DNA from: the human T2T-CHM13v2.0 reference genome, Homo sapiens
Assembly (NCBI GenBank): GCA_009914755.4
Contig: CP068257.2
Location: 37,600,001 to 37,664,000, forward strand
Direction of reading: 5' to 3'
Length of the DNA: 64,000 nt
Every line of letters begins with the position of its first letter. The stretch's first letter is position 1. The notes beneath the pieces are model-generated. The model searched no databases. It worked only from the letters and a program-made list of their open reading frames with translations, and was not told the DNA's origin. Positions 17,047 to 34,479 of the stretch are shown here, one piece after another. The position numbers and the translations under genes are program-made.

Positions 17047-18245
17047 CTACCAAGGGGAAGAGAACAAAGTTTCTTAGATTAGAAAGGGGCAGCATGCACT
17101 GTCTGAATGAAAAATAAAAGAAACTTTCACCATTCAGAATGACTATTTTTGCCATGTCCATCTAATGATTAGTTTTCACACAGCATATATATTTAGTTCC
17201 TTTACACAGGAATATATCACTTAAAAAAGCATTGTAAATCTACCTAACATTTTCCTAGCATCATCTCCTAAATTTCTGATAGATTCTTCATGCTATTTTA
17301 CATCCCATTTTAGGGGGCTAATACCCAGCCTAAATCCTCTTTTACCCATAGCCTGTTCTGCCAAGACTCCACTCTGAGTTTGGCCACAGGCTAATCATCA
17401 CAAGGAGTCTCCTCTTGATTTTAGGTTGTAAGACCGGTGATTTCAAAATATGCCTACAAATTCCCCAATAGTTCTCTCCTTTTCAAGAAGTGGAAGTCTC
17501 CTCCTCTTAAGTGTGGACTACACTTAATGACTCACTTCTACCAAATATAATAAAGCCGATGAGACTATGTGCAACTTCTAAGACTAGGTCATAAATGGGG
17601 GCTTATCCCTGGCTACTGTTAAATCATTCACTCTGAGGAAAATCATAACTCAAGCAGCCAGCTTGAGTTGAAAATCAACACTCAAGCAGCCAGCTAAGGA
17701 GAGACCTGTGTGGCAAGGAACTGAGGCCAAAAGCCATATGAATAAGCTCGGAAAGAATATCATCCAACCCTCATCAAGTCCTCAGATGACTGCAGCCCCA
17801 GTCAACATGTTGTAACCTCATGAGCCAAAATCACCCAGTTAAATCAGCTCCCAGTTCCTGATCAACCAATACATGAAATATGCAACGTTTGCCATGTAAA
17901 CACCTAAATTTTAGGGTGGTTTGTTATATACAGCAATAGATAAATACAAAGACTTAACATCTTTAAACAATGACTACCTGCTTGAAATCAGCACAGTGTA
18001 CACAAATAAATAGGGATGTTATTAAATGAAGAGACAAGTATGAAGACAGACATGTAAAATGAAAATGGTAAACGTAGCAATAACACACACACACAAAAAA
18101 AAAGCACCTTAAAATTCCTTGAAGTCTACTACTAGTGTTGAAATTGACAGGAGAAAATAAGTGTTGCCGTGAGATTCTGAGCAAAATAGAGCTTTCTCTT
18201 TAAGTTTCAGATTTGGAAAGGTTTAACTGTCAAGCCCACTACTCA

Positions 18246-18657
<412 letters not shown>

Positions 18658-19483
18658 TCATTTAAACCAACAATCAAAAGCCTCTAACTGGAATGTATCT
18701 TTTTCATTATTTGGTTATGATATATTAATACCAGATCCTGGGGAAGCAACAATGAGAGATGCAGAAGCATTCCTGGCCCTGAAGAAGCTTACAGTCTACT
18801 GGGTAATACAGACGCTGAATGAACAATTACAAGTACAATACAGAAGGAGCTTATGTTTGGGAAGCTAACCTCTTAATGGAGGGATGGGATTTAGAATCTT
18901 TTTTACTGTTATCCTATATATTATTAAGAAGGCATGGAAAGCTTAAGAAACAATTACATTAAAGCAACATTTGAGACAAGGTAAAGCTGAGGGGGAAAAC
19001 CACAGCTTTTGCTTTGATAAAGATAACCTATATTCAAGTCCAAGACTTAAGGTACTCTCAAAAAGTAACTAAAACTTTATTTTTACTTAACCCTTTGTTT
19101 AGATACTTAAACCTGAAATTAAGCCAAAAAGCATAATATGAGACCCCAGAAAACTCACACCCCACTCAACCAACCCAGAGTTTTTACAATTTAAATGGGG
19201 CAAAAGATTTCAATAGCACCAACAGCTCAGGGAACATGTTAAACCTCTTGTCTTATATCCAGAAAATCAGAAAACTGGGCTAAACACGATGTATTTCAGA
19301 AGGTGTTTAAAATTATTTGCATGATTTAACCTCGCCAAAACAAGCTTGCTAGTTTAAAGACACCTTTATACCAATGCTTCACATCATCAGTGAAAACTGT
19401 TTATCAAGAGGGAGCAGTATGGAGTACAGAAACAGCATGAACCAAAATCTCACACTTAATCTTTTAACATTAATGGAATTTCA

Positions 19484-19822
<339 letters not shown>

Positions 19823-19837
19823 ACAGCGATGGCATAA

Positions 19838-20700
<863 letters not shown>

Positions 20701-21124
20701 GACACTGGTGGACTTCAAGTCTCTCGCAGGGAGACCAGGGCCCCAGTCCTGCAAAGGACTCCGCATCTGTGAAGCAAAGGCCTCCCCCATAAGTCCCACT
20801 ATATCTGCCCCCACCCATCCCTCCAAAGGACTGACAGATGCTCCCTTCCTTCCCACAGGCCCCAGAGCTCCTGCTATCCACAGGGGTTGAAAGTAGGAGA
20901 CAGAGGAGTCCACAGTGCCCTTCAGAATCCCCAAGACACACAGGGTACCTGCTGCACCCTGGGAGTGCAGTGAGCTTCCCCAAGGAGGGCTGACAGCTCG
21001 CCCAGACCAGCCCCAGAGCAGGGCCCAAGACACCCAAGGCACCACTATGCCAGTATCACGAGAAATGTTAAAACAACATTTGAAATGGGGTAAAGCTGGG
21101 GTATCATGATACATGCTATTTTTA

Positions 21125-21394
<270 letters not shown>

Positions 21395-22099
21395 TCATAT
21401 AAAATTGAGGGAACAGAGAGAGGAGAAAAAGGGAAGGGAAGATACCAGAAAGACTTAACTTGAGCATTCTCCCCTCACTACCAGCAAGTACTGAAGTGAC
21501 TAAAGATCATGACAAACATAAGAGAAAAAGAGAAATCTTCACTAACACTAGAAATTAGGAAAGGATGTAAACCCGAAAAAAAAAATTTAGGTATATTGTA
21601 GATAAAATATGATGGAAGACAACTAGCAATTACCCCTTCAAGGAAACAAAACACAGACTTATAGAAACATAAGAATCATACAAAACCCCAAAAATAGGCC
21701 CCACCACTACCCCCATGTTGGAGGAAGCTGAGGTATAGACCAGGAATTTCAACTGGAATCACAAGCCATCAATGAACACACTGAGAAGCCCAAGGGAAGC
21801 ATAGCTACACCAAACTGAAAGCCTTAAGTAGTCAGTTTCTTGCCAAGAGGAGTCTCCCTGATAGAAAGAGACTAGTCCTAGTCCTTAGCAAAATCAGAGT
21901 CAAAGAGGAAACTAGTTATAGAAAACTAGTCCCTGGTCCACTACTAGCTTCACCAAACAGAAATAATAATAAAAATAAAGGACTCTACTTGGGCCATCCT
22001 TGGCCCAACTTCAACCAACCACACACCTTTTCGTCTCTATCAAATACACAGGTAAACACATTACAAAAAGGTATTTATTAGAAAAAGAGCTTATTTATG

Positions 22100-22390
22100 A
22101 AAATTATAAAAGCATCTGTTTTAGATAAATAAAATTCAAGAAAAGTTGAATTAGAAGACAATGAATGAAAACACGGAAGGTAGAATAGTGGTTGCCAGGG
22201 ACATGAGGAAGGGTAAAGAAAAGAATCATTCTTTAATTGGTATAGAATTTCCGTTTTGCAAGATAAACAAGGTTCTGGAGACTGGCTGCACAACTATGTC
22301 AATGTACGTAACAGTACTGAACTGCATGCTTTAAATGGTTATATTTCTGTTATGTGTATTTTACCACAATTAAATTTGTTTAAAAAAAGA
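22100..22390 (+). mobile_element. L1 3'-end fragment (old).
   Basis: GTAGAATAGTGGTTGCCAGGG...TTTGCAAGATAAACAAGGTTCTGGAGA...GTGTATTTTACCACAATTAAA matches the L1 3' UTR consensus. Confidence 0.7.
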
Positions 22391-23025
22391 TAATACATTA
22401 TGTTCTTAAAAAAATCATTCTAGCTCCTTATCATAATGAAGTAAAACAAGACAAGAAAGGAAGCAGAGAGTATGTGATAATGGTTTGAACCAAACAGTAC
22501 CAATTAAAAAAAAAAGAAAGATGATCTGAGTGATAGGAAGGAGAATTTTCTAGCCATGTTACGGATAGGTGGACAAGAGAGATTAAGGTCCAGTTTTCTG
22601 GATTGAGGATCTGTTGAGATGAAGGTGACGTGCACCAAGAACCAGAGGCTGACATTTTGGACCCAGGAAATCTGGATCTCAAAACTAACAAAAATTCAAC
22701 ACATGCAATAATAATGAATATACTGTGGTTTTACCACACATACTTTAGATACTAGTCTTTTTAAGTGCAACCAAGATTAAATTTATATTTTCAGTATGCA
22801 TGTTCAACAGTGCTGGGTCAACTGCTTAAAGTCAAAAAAAAAAAAAAAAAACTCCTGAAATACTCCTATAGGAACAGCTGTTGGATCTAGTTTTTGTCTC
22901 CTTTTAAGTGTATTAAAAACTGTTCCACAGTTGCAAATTCTTGCCTCTTGAATAAAATTCAAGTATGATTCCATCCAAGACTATGACTAAAATGCTTAAA
23001 AGACCACAACAATAAAAACAGATAC

Positions 23026-23120
23026 CTTGAACTTTCGCTGTAACTCTCACTTTTTCTGTCACTTCTCCATTCATCCTCTTCTGAAGAACCAGAACCTTCA
23101 CTCTGATCACAGGAAGTCTC
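23026..23120 (-). CDS. BRWD1: BRWD1 coding exon: ETSCDQSEGSGSSEEDEWRSDRKSESYSESS(S).
   Basis: Acceptor cacaaattAG|GAG at 23121-23122, donor TCA AG|GTATCT at 23024-23025. Joins VRH|ETSCDQ with the upstream exon as recalled for BRWD1. Confidence 0.88.
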
Positions 23121-23439
23121 CTAATTTGTGAAGGGGGGAAAAAAATCTTGATCCCTGAAGTTAAACAACACATGTCCAGAAAAAAGCTGTACACAATCCT
23201 CCCCAGTAAGATTAAATCATCTAAGAAAAATGAACAGTAATCAGTAAATATATAATCAGATAAACTTAAAAAGCAAACTTCTTCACTACATCCCTTTCTT
23301 ATCAAAGCATAAGACAAAAAGAGAACATCCGTAAGATTTAACACTACCACCATTAGCAAAGAAAGTGATACAACAGGCCATTCTGAGTAAAGTTAATAAA
23401 AAGTCAATGTAAATGTTTTCCATTTTGGACTTTAGCTAT

Positions 23440-24255
23440 TCTAATAGATGTATCTAATTGTTGTTCTAGTTTTCAATTCCCTGTGACATATTTTGGTAGC
23501 TTTTCATATGGTTATTTGTCATCTGTTTATCTTCTTTGGTGAGGTGTCTGTTAGATCTTCTGCCCATTTTTAAATTAGGCTGCCTTCTTATTGCTTGGTT
23601 TTAAGAGTTCTTTGTATATTGTGAATATAAGTCATTTATCAGATATAAGTTTTACTAATATTTTATCCTGGTTTGTGGCTTATCTTTTCATTCTTTTAAT
23701 AGTGTCTTTCCCAAAGCAGTTTTCATTTCAGTGTAGTCCAAATTTTTTATATTTTTTCTTTCATGATTGTGCTTTTGATATTGTATCTAAAAAGGTCAAT
23801 GCCACACTCATGGACACATAGATTTTGCCCTTTGTTATCTTCTAGAAGTTTTATGGTTTTTTTGTTTTACATTTACATTAAGCTTATGATTCATTTTGAG
23901 TTAATTTTTGTGAAAGACTGGTGTCTAAGATTTATTTTGTATGTGAATGTCCAGTTATTCTACCACTGGCTGAAAATGATAAATTTGTCCACCAAGTTCT
24001 CTTTGCTCCTTTGCCAAAGATCGTTTGAATATATTTGTGTCAGTCTGTTTCTGGGCTCTTTATGTTGTTCCATTGATCTGTTCTTTCACCAGCATCACTG
24101 TCTTGAAAACTGCAGATTTACAGTAAGTCTTAATGCCAAGTAGAGTGTCAGTCTTTCAGTTTTATTCTTCTTCAGTGTTGTGCTGGCTATACTGGATCTT
24201 CTTCCTCTCTATATAAACTCGAAAAATCAGTTTGTCAGTAAAATTAATTTGCTGG
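23440..24255 (-). mobile_element. L1 ORF2 segment in inverted (minus) orientation, contiguous with the following plus-oriented L1 3' end. This is a 5'-inversion structure.
   Basis: TTGTTGTTCTAGTTTTCAATTCCCTGTGACATATTTTGGTAGCTTTTCATATGG...TCTGCCCATTTTTAAATTAGG is the antisense of the L1 ORF2 3' region. Confidence 0.7.
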
Positions 24256-24885
24256 GATTTTGTTTGGGATTGTGAATCTACAGATGATGCTGGAAAGAAT
24301 TTTTTAACAAGGGTGTGGATCAGCAGGAACTCTCATTCATTACTGATAGGAATGCAAAATGGTACAGCTACTTTGGAAGACAGTTTAGCAGTTTCTTATA
24401 AAACTAAACATAATAAGATCCAGCAATCACACTTGATGTTTACCCAAATGAGGTGAAAAATTATGTCCGCACAAAAACCTACACCCAGATGTTTATACCA
24501 ACTTTATAATGGCCAAATCTTGGAAGCAACCAACACATCCTTCAGTAGGTAAACTGATAAAACTATGGTATATCCAGACAATGAAATATTATTCTGTGCT
24601 AAAAAAAACAAACAAACAAACAAAAAAATCAAGCCATGAGAAGGCATGTAGGAAATGTAAATGCATATTAATAAATGAACGAAGCCAATCTGCAAAGGCT
24701 ACTAGCTATATGATTCCAATTACATGGCATTCTACAAAGATAAAACTATGAAGACAAAAAATCAGTGATTGTCAGGGGCTGTTGGGAAGAGAAAGATGAA
24801 CAGATGGAGCACAGAGGATTTTTAGGGCAGTAAAATCATTCTGTGTGATATTATAATGGTGGATACATGTCATTATAAATTTGTT
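24256..24885 (+). mobile_element. L1 3' end (old L1M/L1PB type), plus orientation.
   Basis: GGAATGCAAAATGGTACAGCTACTTTGGAAGACAGTTTAGCAGTTTCTTATAAAACTAAACATA...CAGTGATTGTCAGGGGCTGTTGGGAAG...GGATACATGTCATTATAAATTTGTTAAAAAA. Confidence 0.75.
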
Positions 24886-25057
24886 AAAAAATTAACTGGG
24901 CATGGTAGCACATGCCTGTAGTCCTAGCTACTCAAGAGTCAGAAGCTGGGAAATCACTTGAGCCTAGGAGTTCGAGGTTGCAGTGAGCTATGATTGCACC
25001 ACTGCACTCCAGCCTGGGCCATAGGGCAAGACCCTGTCCCTAAGAAAAAGAAAAAAT
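24886..25057 (+). mobile_element. Alu right-monomer fragment (FRAM-like).
   Basis: AAAAATTAACTGGGCATGGTAGCACATGCCTGTAGTCCTAGCTACTCAAGAG...GCAAGACCCTGTCCC. Confidence 0.8.
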
Positions 25058-25421
25058 CAAATAAATATATCCCCAAATGACACTTCCAGCAGTACAAAAA
25101 TACGTATACAAAATATTATTCACTGTAGCATTATTTATAATGTAAACATTGGAAACAACCTAACTGCCCATAACCAGGAGAACGATTCAATAAACTGTTT
25201 CAATCATGCCATAAAGTACTACATAACTCTTAAAACAAATAAGGATCATATGGAGTGATCTCAAAGATATTTTAAGTGAAAAATGTCAAGTGTGGGACTA
25301 TCTGTAGTATGCTGTATTTTGTATAAGAAGGATAAATAACTTTTGAAATATTTGTACTAAATACAATTTGGTTAACGACAAAAAAAGAACAGTAAGTAAA
25401 TAACTAAACTCTACATACTAG

Positions 25422-25710
<289 letters not shown>

Positions 25711-25718
25711 TAAGTTTA

Positions 25719-26117
<399 letters not shown>

Positions 26118-26649
26118 TCATTAAAATCAGAATAATGTGAAGTCGTGCATAACAATGACAGATATACAGACAAAAAAATACATGTGTCTGCATATAATAT
26201 GTATACACAGGCATACTTTTTATCGTGCTTTACTTTATTGTGCTTCACAGTTGTGTTTTTTACAAATTGAAGTTTTGTGACAACCCTGAACCCAGTAAAT
26301 TTATTGGTGCCATTTTTAAACAGCATGAGCTCATTCTTGTCTCTATGTCACATTTTAGTAATTACCATATTTCAAACTTTTTCATTTTTATTGTATCTGT
26401 TACTGTGATTTGTGATTAATGATCTTTGATGTTACTATTCTAATTGTTTTGGGGGCACTAGGAACAATACTCATATAAGATAGCACACTTAATGAATACC
26501 ATGTGTGTTCTGACTGCTCCAGTCTATTCCCTGAGATACAATATTGCAATTAGACCTACTAATAACCATACAATAGCTTCTAAGTATTCAAAAATGAAAG
26601 AGTCACACATATCTTACTTTAACTCGCAATGTAGAAATGATTAAGCTTA

Positions 26650-27800
26650 GTAAGGAAAGCATGGTGAAAGCCAACACAGGCTAAAAGCTAGGCCTCTTGC
26701 ACCAAGTAGCCAAGTTGTGAATGCAAAGGAAAAGTTCTTCCAAGAAATATAAAATGCTATTCCAGTGAACACACAAATGGTAAGAAAGCAAAATAGCCAT
26801 ACGGCTAATATAGAGAAAGTTTTGGTGTCTGGATAGAGGGTCAAACCAGCAATAACATTCCCTTAAGCCAAAGCTTAACCCAGAGCAAGGCCCTAACTCT
26901 CTTTAACTCTATGAAGGCTGAGAGGTGACAAAGCTGCAGAAGAAAAGATGGAAACTTGCAGAGGTTGGTTCATGAGGTTTAGGGAAAGAAGGCATGTCCA
27001 TAACATAAAAGTGTAAGGTGAAGCAGCAAGTGCTTTAATGGAGAACCTGCAGCAAGTGATCCAGAAGATCTAGCTAAGATAATCAAGGAAAGTGGCTACA
27101 ATAACAGATTTTAAATGCAGATGAAATAAATAGCCTTCTATTGGAAGAGGATGACATCTAAGACTTTCACAGCTAGAGGGACTTATGGCTTCAAAGCTTC
27201 TAGGACAGGCTCACTCTCTTGTTAGGGCTAATGCAGCTGGTAACTTTCAACTGAAGCCACTGTTCATTTTTACCTTTTCAAAAATCTCAGGCCCCTTAAG
27301 AATTATGTTAAATCTGCTCTGCCTGAGCATAAGAAATGGAACAACAAAGCCTAGGTGACAGCACATCTATTTACAGCATCATTTACAGCATGGTTTACCA
27401 GATATTGTAAGCCCACTGTTCAGACCTACTGAGCAGAAAAAGAAGACTCCTTTCCAAATATTACTGCTTGTGGACAATAGACCTAGCCATCCAAGACCTC
27501 TGATGGGCACATCAAAGGAGATTAATGTTGTTTTCATGCCTGCTAACACCACATCCATTCTGCAGCCCATGGATCAAGGAGTAAATCCAACAATCAAGAC
27601 TGTAATTTTACCATAGAGAAACCTGCAAACACCACCACCTTAGGAAGTGATCAAAGCACGTATCACCAGTAGTGGGACAAAACAAATCATGTGCTTTCTG
27701 ATGTGATGCACTGAGAAGAACAGTATATTTTCTGTCATATTACTGCCAAAAATGCATGACCCTAATCATCAAAATTACCAGTCATAAATCATCAAAAAAT
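26650..27800 (+). mobile_element. Tigger1 (pogo-like DNA transposon) fragment.
   Basis: ...AATAGACCTAGCCATCCAAGACCTCTGATGGGCACATCAAAGGAGATTAATGTTGTTTTCATGCCTGCTAACACCACATCCATTCTGCAGCCCATGGATCAAGGAGTAA... matches the recalled Tigger1 transposase region. Confidence 0.65.
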
Positions 27801-27984
27801 ATCAACATTAAAACAAAAATCAAGGAACTAGACTAGATTCAGGTTACTAAACAGACACAACAAAATGTAACACGTGATCCAGGATTTTATTTTGCTATGA
27901 AAATTATCAGGACCATTGACTGGTAAAATTTGAGTAAGATCTGCAGATCTGATAATGACATTATATTGTTGTTTACTGCCTCAT

Positions 27985-28286
27985 TTTTTGTTTTTTTGAC
28001 ACAGTGTCTCACTGTGTCACCCAGGCTAGAGTTACACTGGCGCAACCAAGGCTCATTGCAGCCTCAACCTCCTAGGCTCAAGTGATTATCCTGCCTCAGA
28101 TTCCAGAGAAGCTGGGACTACAGGTGTGTCACCACACCCAGCTAATTTTTTTTTTCTCATTTTTTTGTGGAGGAGGGCTTGCCCCGTATTGCCCAGGCTG
28201 GTCTCGAACTCCTGGGCTCAAGCCATCCTCCCACCTCAGTCTCCCAAAGTGCTGAGAATTACAGGCATGAGACACTGCACCCAGCC
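27985..28286 (-). mobile_element. Alu.
   Basis: Poly-T GACACAGTGTCTCACTGTGTCACCCAGGCTAGAG...GGCATGAGACACTGCACCCAGCC. Confidence 0.88.
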
Positions 28287-28609
28287 TGATTTTGATAATT
28301 ATATCACTTGTTTTTGAAAATACACAAGGAAATATGTAGATATCAAGAGGCATATGTACAACTCACTCTCAAAAGGATTAAAACATATTCATACATACAG
28401 GAGAGTGATAACAGTCAGGGTGGTAAACACAAAGGAATTTTTATTATTCTTAGAACTTTCATGTCTGAAATTACATCAAAATAAAAAATTTACACCTGAC
28501 AGATAGGAGGCATTCAATAAATTTTTTTTTAAGTTTAATTTCCCCAAATCCTCAAGTGAACTGATGCTTCGGTAAGGCAGGGTTTCTGCTCTGAGATCAT
28601 GCTGCTAAC

Positions 28610-28898
28610 TTTTTTTTTTCTTTTTTTGAGATCTGTCGCCCAGGCTGGAGTGCAGTGGCGCGATCTCGGCTCACTGCAAGTTCTGCCTCCTGGGTTCAAT
28701 GCCATTCTCCTGCCTCAGCCTCCCTAGCAGCTGGGACTACAGGTGCCCACCACCATGCCTGGCTAATTTTTTGTATTTTTAGTAGAGATGGGGTTTCACC
28801 GTGTTACCCAGGATGGTCTTGATCTCCTGCCCTCGTGATCCACCCACCTCGGCCTCCCAGAGTGCTGGGATTACAGGCATGAGCCACTGCACCCGGCC
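28610..28898 (-). mobile_element. AluY-like element with a perfect 16-bp target-site duplication (ATGCTGCTAACTTTTT).
   Basis: Poly-T GAGATCTGTCGCCCAGGCTGGAGTGCAGTGGCGCGATCTCGGCTCACTGCAAG...CCCGGCCC. The motif ATGCTGCTAACTTTTT lies immediately on both sides. Confidence 0.9.
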
Positions 28899-29454
28899 CA
28901 TGCTGCTAACTTTTTATATAAATGTGGGAAAGTTACTGAACCTCCATATCTGTACCTCAGTTTCCTCATTTTTAAGAGATTATAAGAGTGCCTGAATTCC
29001 TACTTGTTGGAATGATGAAATTAGATAACGTGTAAACCATTTAGAATAGTGCCTCCCAGGCATAATAAAATGCATTAATGTTTAGCCCTTTTATAGCACT
29101 TTTTACATATTGATTGTATGATTTTGTATATCCTTGACAGTAATTAATGTATTTCCACATCAATAATGATAATGCCACTACATACCACCCTAGCCTTTCT
29201 AGAATGACCTTACGTAACAGTTTTCCCAAAGGAAACCATCCCATGTCTACTGTGTTGGGCAAATTCAAGGTACTTGAGGCGGAGAGGTTGGAACAGAGCT
29301 GCATGGTAAAATAGTTATTTCCAGACTAGGATACTACACCTTCCTCCCAAAGGCAAAGTCTATATATAACCCTTTATTCCAAACCATGATACAACCTGAC
29401 TATCCAATTGCTTAAGTCATACAATGTAAGTTACATATAGAAACTTTGGAAGAA

Positions 29455-29474
29455 ATATATATATATATATATAT
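29455..29474. repeat. (TA)10 microsatellite.
   Basis: ATATATATATATATATATAT. Confidence 0.9.
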
Positions 29475-29624
29475 GCAGAAAAAGAAAAGAGAAAAAGGTC
29501 AACCAGCATAAAAATGACAGATAATAAAATAATTATTTCCTATTATATCCTGGGGGACAGAGCAAGACCCCATCTCAAAAAAAAAAGAATGTAAAAACAT
29601 TCTCATTACATAATATAATAGTTT

Positions 29625-29787
29625 AGCCAGGCAGGGTGGCTGGTGCCTGTTAATCCCAGCTACTTGGGAGGCTGAAGGAGGAGGACAGCTTGAGCCCAGG
29701 AGTTTGAGGCTACAGTGAGCCATGACTGCACCATGCACTACAGCCTATGCAACAGAGCAAGACCCTGTCTCAAAAAAATAAAAACAG
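29625..29787 (+). mobile_element. Alu right-half fragment, with an orphan Alu tail fragment at 29551-29590.
   Basis: AGCCAGGCAGGGTGGCTGGTGCCTGTTAATCCCAGCTACTTGGGAGG...GAGCAAGACCCTGTCTC. Confidence 0.75.
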
Positions 29788-30118
29788 TTTAAACAGATGG
29801 TTTTAATCATAATCGTAGCTAACATTATTGTGTATTAGGCACTATTTAAACACATTGCATTACTGATTAAATTAATTCTCACCACACCTCTGAGGTACAT
29901 GTTACCACGCCTCTGAAGTACATATTACATAGGCAGAGGCACAGAAAAGCTAAGCAACATGACAAAGTAAAAGAATTTGGATTTAAACTCAAACCCCATG
30001 CTTAATTATTAACCTACTGCATCATAAGACAATTAAATGAACTTTTCAGTCATATCTAATACTTCATTCCTCAAAACATTACTCAATCAGGAAATTTTAA
30101 CACTGTAGTATTAAATAC

Positions 30119-30429
<311 letters not shown>

Positions 30430-30589
30430 TATTAAATACTCTTTACCAAAAAAGTTGGTTTCTCCCTCAAACAAATCAAAATGAAGACAAATAGCTTACA
30501 TATGATTATTAAAAATCAATCAAAGATATTAAACAAAGACTTAGACACAACAGTAAAAGAAGCTACTAAGGAAAAAATAAAATGAATGT

Positions 30590-31810
<1,221 letters not shown>

Positions 31811-32229
31811 GGTTATATACCCCTTATCCAGAACGCTGGGGAATAGAATTGTTTCAGATTTCGTATTTTTCCAGATTTTGGAAAATTTGCATTTGCACTT
31901 ACAGGTTGAGCATGCCAAATCCAAAAATCCAAAATCTGAAATGCACACTAGAACATCATGTTTATATACAGAAAGTTTCAGATTTTGGTGCATTTCAAAA
32001 TTCTGAGTTGGGATGCTCAACATGTAAAACCACTGGATTGCACAAGTATACAGTATGTGACTATCTTAGCCATTAAAAGTTTTTGTTAACATTCAAAATG
32101 TGAAATTTCATATTAATCTCTGCAGAATGCTGTGTTTTCATATAAATTTGGGGTATATTCATTCAAAGTAAAGAATTAAGCCAAATTCATTTAAGATTAT
32201 CTTATAACATTTTAAAGTTTTCCACTCAC

Positions 32230-32361
32230 ATGTCTTACAGAGCTTGAAGACTCATTTCCAGAAGATAACTCACGCCAGCTACGATTTCTTCTACCATAAT
32301 TTGGATATTTACGCCTACATGTCCTTTGTCTAGACTGTGATACCAAAACCACTGAATCCGA
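32230..32361 (-). CDS. BRWD1: BRWD1 coding exon: [44 protein letters not shown].
   Basis: Acceptor ctgtgtttcAG|TCG at 32362-32363, donor CAT|GTGAGT at 32228-32229. An alternative GTAAGA donor 9 nt upstream would drop VRH. Confidence 0.87.
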
Positions 32362-32739
32362 CTGAAACACAGAAAAACATGCGAATGAAAATCAACACCT
32401 AAATAAGGACAATATCAACAAAATGGGCATTCCGTCAAGTTTCCAGAAGGATTTAAAGCAAAAAGAAAAAAAGGCTTAAAAAGAAGGTAACATTTTTGCC
32501 ATACAGTTTTAACTCAAGCTTAGTAGTTTTACTTTTAAGGTCCTTAGAAAACATGAGAAAATGCACATTAGATGGGCATTTTCCAAACTATGCTGTAAGT
32601 TAACTGGTTTACCACGAATGAGGGAAAATAACAATAATCTGAAAAGGATGTCACCTTAAAAGTATACATCTCAGAAATGAAAAATACATATTCGTACATT
32701 ATGATGCAGTAAGCAACTTCTCAAGGAATGTCTCACTAT

Positions 32740-33890
32740 CTCTATACATAGGTGTAAAGAAAAAATGTTCAACATACTAATCATTAGAGAAATGCAAATC
32801 AAAACCACAATGAGATACCATCTCACACTAGTCAGAATGGCTATTATTAAAAAGTCAAGGCCAGACGCGGGGGCTTACACCTGTAATTCCAGCACTTTGG
32901 GAGGACAAGGCAGGCAGATCACTTGAGCCCAGGAGTTCGAGACCAACCCAGGCAACATGGAGAAACCTGCCCCTAAAAAACAACAAAAACAAGAACAAAC
33001 AAACAAAAAACGAAAAATTAGCTGGGCATGGTGGTACACAGCTACAGTCCCAGCTACTAGGGAGGCTGAGGGGGGAGGATCACTCAAGCCCAGGAGGTTG
33101 ACGCTGCAGTGAGTGAGCCATGATTGCACCACAACACTCCAGCCTGGGCAAGAGTGAGACCCTATCTCCCAAAAAAAAAAAAAAAAAAAAAAAACAAAAA
33201 AAAACACTGGGGGGTGGAGGGCATCAAAAAATAGCAGATGCTGGTGAAGTTGCAGAGAAAAGAGAATGGTTATACACTGCTAGTGAAACTGTAACTTAAT
33301 TCAACCACTGTGGAAAGCAGTTTGATGATCCCTCAAAGAACTTAAAACAGAATTACCATTCCACCGAATAATCCCATTACTGGGTATATACCCAAAGGAA
33401 AAGAACTCATTCTACCATAACGACATATATACACCTATGTTCACTGCAGCACTATTCACAATAGTATAAGACATGGAATCAGCCTAAATGCCCATCAATG
33501 GTAGACTGGATAAAGAAAATATGGTATATATAAACTATGGAATACTACCCAGCCATAAAAAAAAAACGAGATCATGTCCTTTGCAGCAACATGGGTGAAG
33601 CTGGAGGCCACTATCCCAAGTGAACTAACATCAGAATAGAAAACCAAGTACCACATATTCTAACTTACAAGTGAGAGCCAAGCATTGAGTACAGAAGGGA
33701 ACAACAGACATCAGAACCTACCTGAGGGCACAACGTGGAAAAAGGGTGAGGACCGGGAAACTACCTATCAAGTACAATGCTTATTATCTGGGTAACAAAA
33801 TAATCCATACACCAAAACCCTATGACTCGCAATTTACCTATATAACAAACTTGCACATATACCCCTGAAGCTAAAAGTTTTCTTTTTAAT
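32740..33890 (+). mobile_element. L1 (L1P-like) ORF2 C-terminus to 3' end, interrupted by the Alu at 32859-33205.
   Basis: ...ATTAGAGAAATGCAAATCAAAACCACAATGAGATACCATCTCACACTAGTCAGAATGGCTATTATTAAAAAGTCA... resumes ...CACTGCAGCACTATTCACAATAGTATAAGACATGGAATCAGCCTAAATGCCCATCAATGGTAGACTGGATAAAGAAAATATGG... Confidence 0.8.
32859..33205 (+). mobile_element. Alu with an expanded A-rich middle and a long poly(A).
   Basis: GGCCAGACGCGGGGGCTTACACCTGTAATTCCAGCACTTTGGGAGG... Confidence 0.88.
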
Positions 33891-34434
33891 GTTCAAATAT
33901 TAACTGTAAGTATGTGTATTTTCAGGTTTTTAATGTTTACATAATTTGTTGTCTGTGCTTTTCAGTTCTGAATGTTTTAAATATATTTTTATCAAAACAG
34001 AATAATCATTCAAAATCAGCCAAATAAAGTAACTATATTGGTTTTAGTTTTTTTAAAAGGCATGCCATTCCCCAACCACAAAAGCAGATGAGATTACCCA
34101 ATGAGAGCACATATTCCTTACATTTATGCACAAATCAATTTTCACATGAGTGGCCATCTGTCTAATGAGCACTGGTCAGTTTTAGAATTTCAACATTATC
34201 ACTGGATGATCTTAAAATGAACTGAATGTTCCTTAATTTGTCAGTACTGATTTTGGCAAAAACTCGTATTAATGAGTTTCACGAGTGATAATAGGTTAAC
34301 ATGTAGGTGGGCCAAACTTTCACTAAGAAAAACTAGAAAATCTGGTAAAACATATTTTTTAACAAATCTGTTTAAAGGCACTTTATGCCTTAAAAGGTTA
34401 TGAAGAATCACAGAACCAAGATCAAAAAAAGAAG

Positions 34435-34436
<2 letters not shown>

Positions 34437-34479
<43 letters not shown>

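Noticed and set aside
32233-32241. Alternative GTAAGA donor 9 nt upstream of the chosen GTGAGT donor of exon 32230-32361
   Set aside because: Using it would delete VRH, which I recall as present in BRWD1 (..SSSSVRHETSCDQ..). It is kept as a possible minor alternative 5' splice site only.
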